The translations under genes were made by a program, and so were the position numbers. From assembly GCA_044359815.1 (NCBI GenBank), contig JBIKLL010000003.1, forward strand, positions 32,001 through 96,000: a DNA stretch of 64,000 nucleotides, in the 5' to 3' direction. Of this stretch, positions 60,601 to 64,000 are shown one piece after another (positions within the stretch are counted from its first letter, which is position 1; each line of letters opens with the position of its first letter). This DNA comes from Pseudobdellovibrionaceae bacterium. GTDB lineage: Bacteria; Bdellovibrionota; Bdellovibrionia; Bdellovibrionales; Bdellovibrionaceae. The notes under the pieces were generated by a model. That model saw nothing but the letters and a program-made list of their open reading frames with translations. It made no database searches and was not told the origin of the DNA.

Positions 60601-60927
60601 ATCTCAAAGTATTCTTTTTACCCATGGCTTAAGGATTTTCAGTCGGGATTGATATTTCATCTGATCCAAACGGGTCATGTTGAATACGGATTTGTGATTC
60701 AACAACAAAATCTGCGGATCCAGGGGCAAATCGATTTGTGGGGTCGTGATCAAGCCGGCAATGTTTGGATTGTCGATTACAAAACCGGCAGCGCCAGTTA
60801 TGCTGACAAAGCAATGTTGCAATTAAAAATGTATCAAACAGCTCTGCAGCAGTTAGGCAAAATCAAACCAACCGACTCGGTCAAATTATTAGCGCTATAC
60901 CTGACCGAACAAAAAGCCGTATTTTAG
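57658..60927 (+). CDS. addA: AddA/RexA UvrD-type helicase-nuclease
   Basis: AGAGAGKT, TFTKKA, IDEYQDT, VGDPQQSIYLFRGA, NYRS, TVHASKGLQF, LYVALTRA, GTDIH, GQIDL, VDYKTG. Confidence 0.9.
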   Translation: MPSPAPELINKAIRAGAGAGKTTSLVAEVTEISQQFLKQNQKPRFIVTTFTKKASHELKERLLKKALELQDSDLCQLYRSKTHLHISTIHGVLGMFLTKHGSQIGLLPSYQIVSEEADKIILKKIAKKNLADPQFVSLLETFRLGDILEILYEFLQIVLENPSAASFTTQDLQKIVNDKKQQAFGRMKRLADGILQCTDKPDWKKVSDLLSSHAAKQTIPTELKFPQNRSGAIDSDVEELRDQVKEDIELLNGVAFSEKSIQDHQQSISKFEALGYLLLPEYLSQKISLGQLTMRNLEGFTSLILDRSPQSAAEFSQDWDYWFIDEYQDTSPLQVRLIKSLMNTKKGYFVGDPQQSIYLFRGAKVELFNQLIEDFKNSNQFLGILDKNYRSEANVLNFINQISSKLGFEPMQVGSDLKPFNDSVMVTGCEPEQELNAVTQNIIRLLNQGVSAANITILANNNDSLQTLHEHLNKNSIPVFLNSAGKYFKRREILDVVLCLKVLINPHDNLSLVSLLRSPWFYLSDDNIHQICTGVAESFWVNATNSEDPLIKKVVSEIVGFKQLCQERGYFQGLLQLMKQKQVFESCAYFDSSGRREANLWKFLFLLKEFSDRPGVLILEFVEKILSAEASDPEVSETDAIPAVANDRVQMMTVHASKGLQFDHVILFHLHKRVQTAERDDLLFDRDLEKFTINLVDSDSGKKTKSVAGLFIQEKMSQAKLLEHDRLLYVALTRAKLSLNLVFSKIQRKSWADSLINKVGIDLSEGIHQLGNVKYKSLSFSGDSGDMSVGESGGEGGVGDVSDSGNSVSVIDVGDSGKSVGVGDTSDARDSGSVGVKQVLIHSEAEVPHRTVKPIQAMKHTQLISVTEWLESQVFSPKTDSLKNLDKIDDVPGQYIKDSNANKVGHIDDSKFVATSRALNDSHSSSLSKKLSSDSVAGFTPKAAESAIQPSGGLKSIEFAKLGTDIHKALEMVKYHKDHSKISKYSFYPWLKDFQSGLIFHLIQTGHVEYGFVIQQQNLRIQGQIDLWGRDQAGNVWIVDYKTGSASYADKAMLQLKMYQTALQQLGKIKPTDSVKLLALYLTEQKAVF
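59998..60165 (+). repeat. G/T-rich degenerate in-frame repeat in the AddA linker (encodes G/D/S/V low complexity)
   Basis: Recurrent gtgattctggt units; peptide SGDSGDMSVGESGG...DSGNSV...DSGKSV...DSGSVG. Confidence 0.75.
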
Positions 60928-60969
60928 ACAGCCACAATAATTTTTAATCACTTCAGCCTTTTATCAAAC

Positions 60970-60999
60970 CTTACACTTACACTTACACTTACAATTACA
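60970..60999. repeat. Hexanucleotide microsatellite (CTTACA)4 plus ATTACA
   Basis: Read directly from the sequence. Confidence 0.9.
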
Positions 61000-61090
61000 C
61001 TCTTGCGCGACCTGATATTTTAGTTCACTTCAAAATTCTAATTGAAGATCGCTTTACTATTCCATCTGGTTCTAGTTCGAAATACGGTCT

Positions 61091-61216
61091 CAATTACTTT
61101 TCTTGCTCCAATTCCAAATTCAGATCCAGCCCCAATTCCTTTTCTCGATTCAATTCCAGATTCAGATCCAGCCCCAATTCCTTTTCTCGATCCAATTCAA
61201 AATTCAGCCCCAACCC
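61091..61216. repeat. 42-bp tandem repeat, 3 copies
   Basis: Units at 61091, 61133 and 61175, consensus caattccttttctcgatycaattccarattcagatccagccc; third copy degenerate at its end. Confidence 0.9.
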
Positions 61217-61230
61217 CAACCCCAATCCCC
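61208..61230 (-). other. Canonical G-quadruplex motif GGGG-ATT-GGGG-TT-GGGG-TT-GGGG
   Basis: Plus strand reads CCCCAACCCCAACCCCAATCCCC. Confidence 0.8.
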
Positions 61231-61339
61231 GCACATTCCCAAGCTCAATCCCCATTCCGTGTCCGGTTTCGAATTAAAAATATTTCAAGTTTTCTTAATA
61301 CTTTTGATTACTTAAATTCATTTAAATATATTGCCCCGT

Positions 61340-61951
61340 ATGAGTTTAAAAAATCATAAAAATAATCAACAACTATCACTGATTCCCCAGCAGGATTTGC
61401 GTTTCGTTAAGGCCATGAGCTTTGGTGGCAGTAAATTAAAAAAACGCAGAAAAATTGCGCGCCCTTTGATCCCAGGTGCCATCCATCATGTGGTTCTTAA
61501 ATCCAGTAAAGCTGTTGGCAAGTTTAGCTTTTATCAAAACAAAAACATAACGACAGCCTTATTAAGGGACAGATCTAAAAAATATTTTGTCGAAATCATC
61601 CAATGGGTCAATATGGGTAATCATTTACATCTGAAAGTCAGATTTAAAAGCCGTCAAAATTTTCAGAATTTTCTCAGAACCTTCACGGCTATTTTGGCTC
61701 GCAAAATCACTGGGGCACACAGATCAAAATCCTTTGGCAGATTCTGGGACGGATTGGCTTTTACCAGAATTATCACAACCAAGTTTGAAGAATTAGGATT
61801 GAAAGCCTATTTTGAAGCCAATCACCGTCAGCGAGAACTGGGGTACGCAGCCCGAACAGAGTATCTGAAATCCTTTAATCAATTTTTGTATCGGCTAAAA
61901 TCCAAGCGCGCTCATTCGATCAACCTTAGCAAAATTCAAATAAACTGCTGA
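61340..61951 (+). mobile_element. HUH/Y1 tyrosine transposase-like protein (RAYT / IS200 TnpA superfamily)
   Basis: IHHVVLKS, VNMGNHLHL HUH motif, GRFWDG..FTRII, LKAYFEAN candidate catalytic Tyr. Confidence 0.8.
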
Positions 61952-61994
61952 GCTACAAAAAAGCCTACATCGAAAACAGGCAATCAAATGCCCG

Positions 61995-62087
61995 TTCAAC
62001 AGCAGGCAGCCAAAATTAGGCTTCCAAAAACTGGAAACCCGCATCCAGGTTTCAACAGCAGGCATATAAAAACCTGCTTCCAAAAAC
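61995..62087. repeat. 37-bp imperfect direct repeat pair with internal hairpins downstream of the Y1 transposase
   Basis: ttcaacagcaggca-N11-gcttccaaaaac at 61995-62031 and 62051-62087; second copy folds AGCAGG/CCTGCT. Confidence 0.75.
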
Positions 62088-62221
62088 ACGCCAGCCTTAA
62101 AAGTGGTAACTGTCCATTAATAGTGCTTACGCAAGATCCAATCCCTGAAATTTCCTTTTAACAGTTTTTGCGACCCGACCATGGGCCCAGTCACAATTCT
62201 GAACACGTTGGAGACCTGGAC

Positions 62222-62335
62222 TTAAAGACTTTTGAGCAACAAAATGAGTTTTATAACTAGTACAAAAATCACAAGCAGAACTTTAGCAATCTCTAAAACC
62301 TTCCGAATTAACAACAGTTGGTGTTGTTTTTTCAT
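62222..62335 (-). CDS. Small hydrophobic peptide, 37 aa (type I toxin-like)
   Basis: MKKQHQLLLIRKVLEIAKVLLVIFVLVIKLILLLKSL; strong SD AAAGGAG 8 nt upstream; below the ORF-track cutoff. Confidence 0.65.
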   Translation of the reverse strand: MKKQHQLLLIRKVLEIAKVLLVIFVLVIKLILLLKSL

Positions 62336-62370
62336 TTTTAGGTCTCCTTTCTTTAAAAGGAAGACTCTCG

Positions 62371-62411
62371 TAAGCGGATCTTGCGTAAGCAAATCCGCTT
62401 ATTGCATTTTT
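62371..62411 (+). terminator. 13-bp stem with GTAA loop followed by a T-rich tract (candidate terminator or structured leader)
   Basis: TAAGCGGAT(C)TTGC-GTAA-GCAAATCCGCTTA then TTGCATTTTT. Confidence 0.45.
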
Positions 62412-62845
62412 AGGGCACGAAATATTTCGCTCAGATTCAAGTTAAATGGATTTTAACAATTGGGATTCGGAAATCTGCGGACTCTAGTCGTCCGTTCGGA
62501 TCGTGAATGTCAGAAAATATTTAAAAAATTCCAAATCCAATCAAAACGGGTAACTGTATACTGCCAGAGTCAGAAAAAACGCAGCCAGTGCAAAATCAAC
62601 AATAAAAGCGGTAGCCGTTTGCATAAGCCAAATACTCCTTCCATAGGTGTTTCAAAGCAGAATCCATGCCGCCGTCTTTGGTGTCATTTGGGGGTCAATC
62701 CCCAGGATTCTGCCGATTCCAAGCAATTAAACCCAGGCCCCCACAGAACTGTCAAAAAAATAAATTCAGTATCACTGCCCAAGTCACCTCAATTGCCAGA
62801 TTCGCCTTTAAAAAACTAGGACCCTGTGCTAAATCTGCCCCCAAT

Positions 62846-64000
62846 ATGACTAACTCCACAAACGACCAAGCCCAACCAGCCGATAACTCTGCGCTTAATG
62901 CTAATACCAGCACTAAATTAAATTTCTACGGCATCACTCAGACAGAACTGCAAAAATACTTTACCAAAGAAGGCAAAGAAAAATACCGTTCCCAACAGGT
63001 CTACAAATGGGTGTACGAAAGACAAATCACGGATTTTGATCAGATGTCCAATTTGTCTAAAAATTTCCGCGACGAATTTAAATCCAAAATCGAATTTCAT
63101 TTGCCCCAGGTCGTATCACATTTGATTTCAATCGACGGCACTCAGAAATTTTTATTTAAATTATTAAGCGACGGAGCCTTTGCATCCGAAACCGTCGAAG
63201 CCGTCATCATCCCCTCGGGTGATCGCTTGACCCTTTGTATTTCCAGCGAAGTCGGCTGCAACATGGCCTGCAAATTTTGTTTTACCGGCAAACAAAAACT
63301 CAAGCGCAGACTCAAGGCCCACGAAATCGTCGGGCAATTTATCCAAGTCAAAAATGCTTTACAAAAACAAGGTCCCGATAAACGAATTTCTAATATCGTT
63401 TACATGGGGATGGGCGAGCCCCTGGATAATTCAGACGAGGTTTTTAAATCAGTCGAAATTTTGCATGATCCCTGGGGGATCAATCTGTCCCGCAAAAAAA
63501 TCACCATCTCGACATCAGGGATTGTGCCCGAAATGTGGAAGGTTGCTGATCATGGTGTCAGACTGGCAGTCAGCCTGAATGGCTCTAATGACGAGGTCAG
63601 ATCACAGGTTATGCCGATCAATAAAAAATATCCGCTCAAGGATCTGTTGGCTGCATGCCAAGAATACGCCGCTGAAACCGGTGAAAAAGTGACCTTTGAA
63701 TACGTGCTGCTAAAAGGCGTCACTGATTCCGAAGCTCAGGCCAAGGAACTGTTTAAACTGACTCGCAAAATCCCATGCAAAATTAATTTGATTCCTTTTA
63801 ATGAACACCCAGGTGCTGATTTTCACAGGCCCGAGGATTCAGTGATCGAAAAATTTCAAAAAATTCTGTTTGATTTAGGGGCACATGTTTTGATTCGCAG
63901 AACTATGGGCCGAGATATTTATGCAGCTTGTGGTCAATTAACTTCTGAGTTTGAAAATAAACCGCAAAAGATGGATATTTCAAATTCAAAAATTGGTTCA
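62846..64000 (+). CDS. rlmN: Dual-specificity RNA methyltransferase RlmN (runs off the window end; absent from the ORF track)
   Basis: Manual translation: TLCISSEVGCNMACKFC radical-SAM motif, NIVYMGMGEP, AVSLNG, FEYVLL, NLIPFN, GRDIYAACGQL. Confidence 0.93.
   Translation, partial: MTNSTNDQAQPADNSALNANTSTKLNFYGITQTELQKYFTKEGKEKYRSQQVYKWVYERQITDFDQMSNLSKNFRDEFKSKIEFHLPQVVSHLISIDGTQKFLFKLLSDGAFASETVEAVIIPSGDRLTLCISSEVGCNMACKFCFTGKQKLKRRLKAHEIVGQFIQVKNALQKQGPDKRISNIVYMGMGEPLDNSDEVFKSVEILHDPWGINLSRKKITISTSGIVPEMWKVADHGVRLAVSLNGSNDEVRSQVMPINKKYPLKDLLAACQEYAAETGEKVTFEYVLLKGVTDSEAQAKELFKLTRKIPCKINLIPFNEHPGADFHRPEDSVIEKFQKILFDLGAHVLIRRTMGRDIYAACGQLTSEFENKPQKMDISNSKIGS

Noticed and set aside
61091..61216. 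CRISPR-like array
   Set aside because: Head-to-tail 42-bp tandem units with no unique spacers.
61042..61359. 105-aa and 70-aa ORFs over the tandem repeat
   Set aside because: Stop-free by virtue of the repeat; TTG starts, no evident SD, low-complexity products.
62232..62257. Sigma70 promoter (TTGAGC...TATAAC) for an antisense RNA
   Set aside because: The spacer is only 14 nt, too short to call confidently.
62232..62819. Plus-strand 74-aa and 119-aa ORFs
   Set aside because: TTG starts without SD and no motifs; the minus-strand peptide with a strong SD explains the region better.

Overview
Gene-dense, AT-leaning bacterial chromosomal window. Gene content suggests a predatory Bdellovibrionota genome (inference from tandem secreted trypsin-like proteases, tandem L,D-transpeptidases, DUF4360, the DUF4105/DUF3015 pair and a degenerate GGDEF protein). 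It is mostly housekeeping: motB, nadB, alr, mlaEFD, purH, cysE/cysK, rnhA, gcvPTH, tldD plus partner, epmA, pyrD, gdhA, addAB, and rlmN truncated at the window end. No rRNA, tRNA or CRISPR array was found. The most unusual non-coding signals are two large, apparently related intergenic palindromes (about 2683-2917 and 19623-20106). The second is a nested, modular hairpin with crossed GC-rich A/B modules, and both have outer arms that mirror the 3' end of a neighbouring gene. An accessory patch at 60930-62640 holds an HUH/Y1 (RAYT-like) nuclease gene flanked by tandem repeats, a perfect G-quadruplex motif and hairpin direct repeats. The same patch holds an unannotated 37-aa hydrophobic peptide with an SD-sequestering hairpin (type I toxin-like). 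Notable proteins include an MlaD with a long helical stalk and beta-rich C-terminus, a barrel-lipoprotein-barrel cassette, a DEDDh-WYL fusion, a signal-peptide-bearing SAM methyltransferase and an RNase HI with a C-terminal hybrid-binding domain. All family calls come from motif recognition by eye, not database searches. Several start codons were moved from the ORF track using SD motifs or family length.
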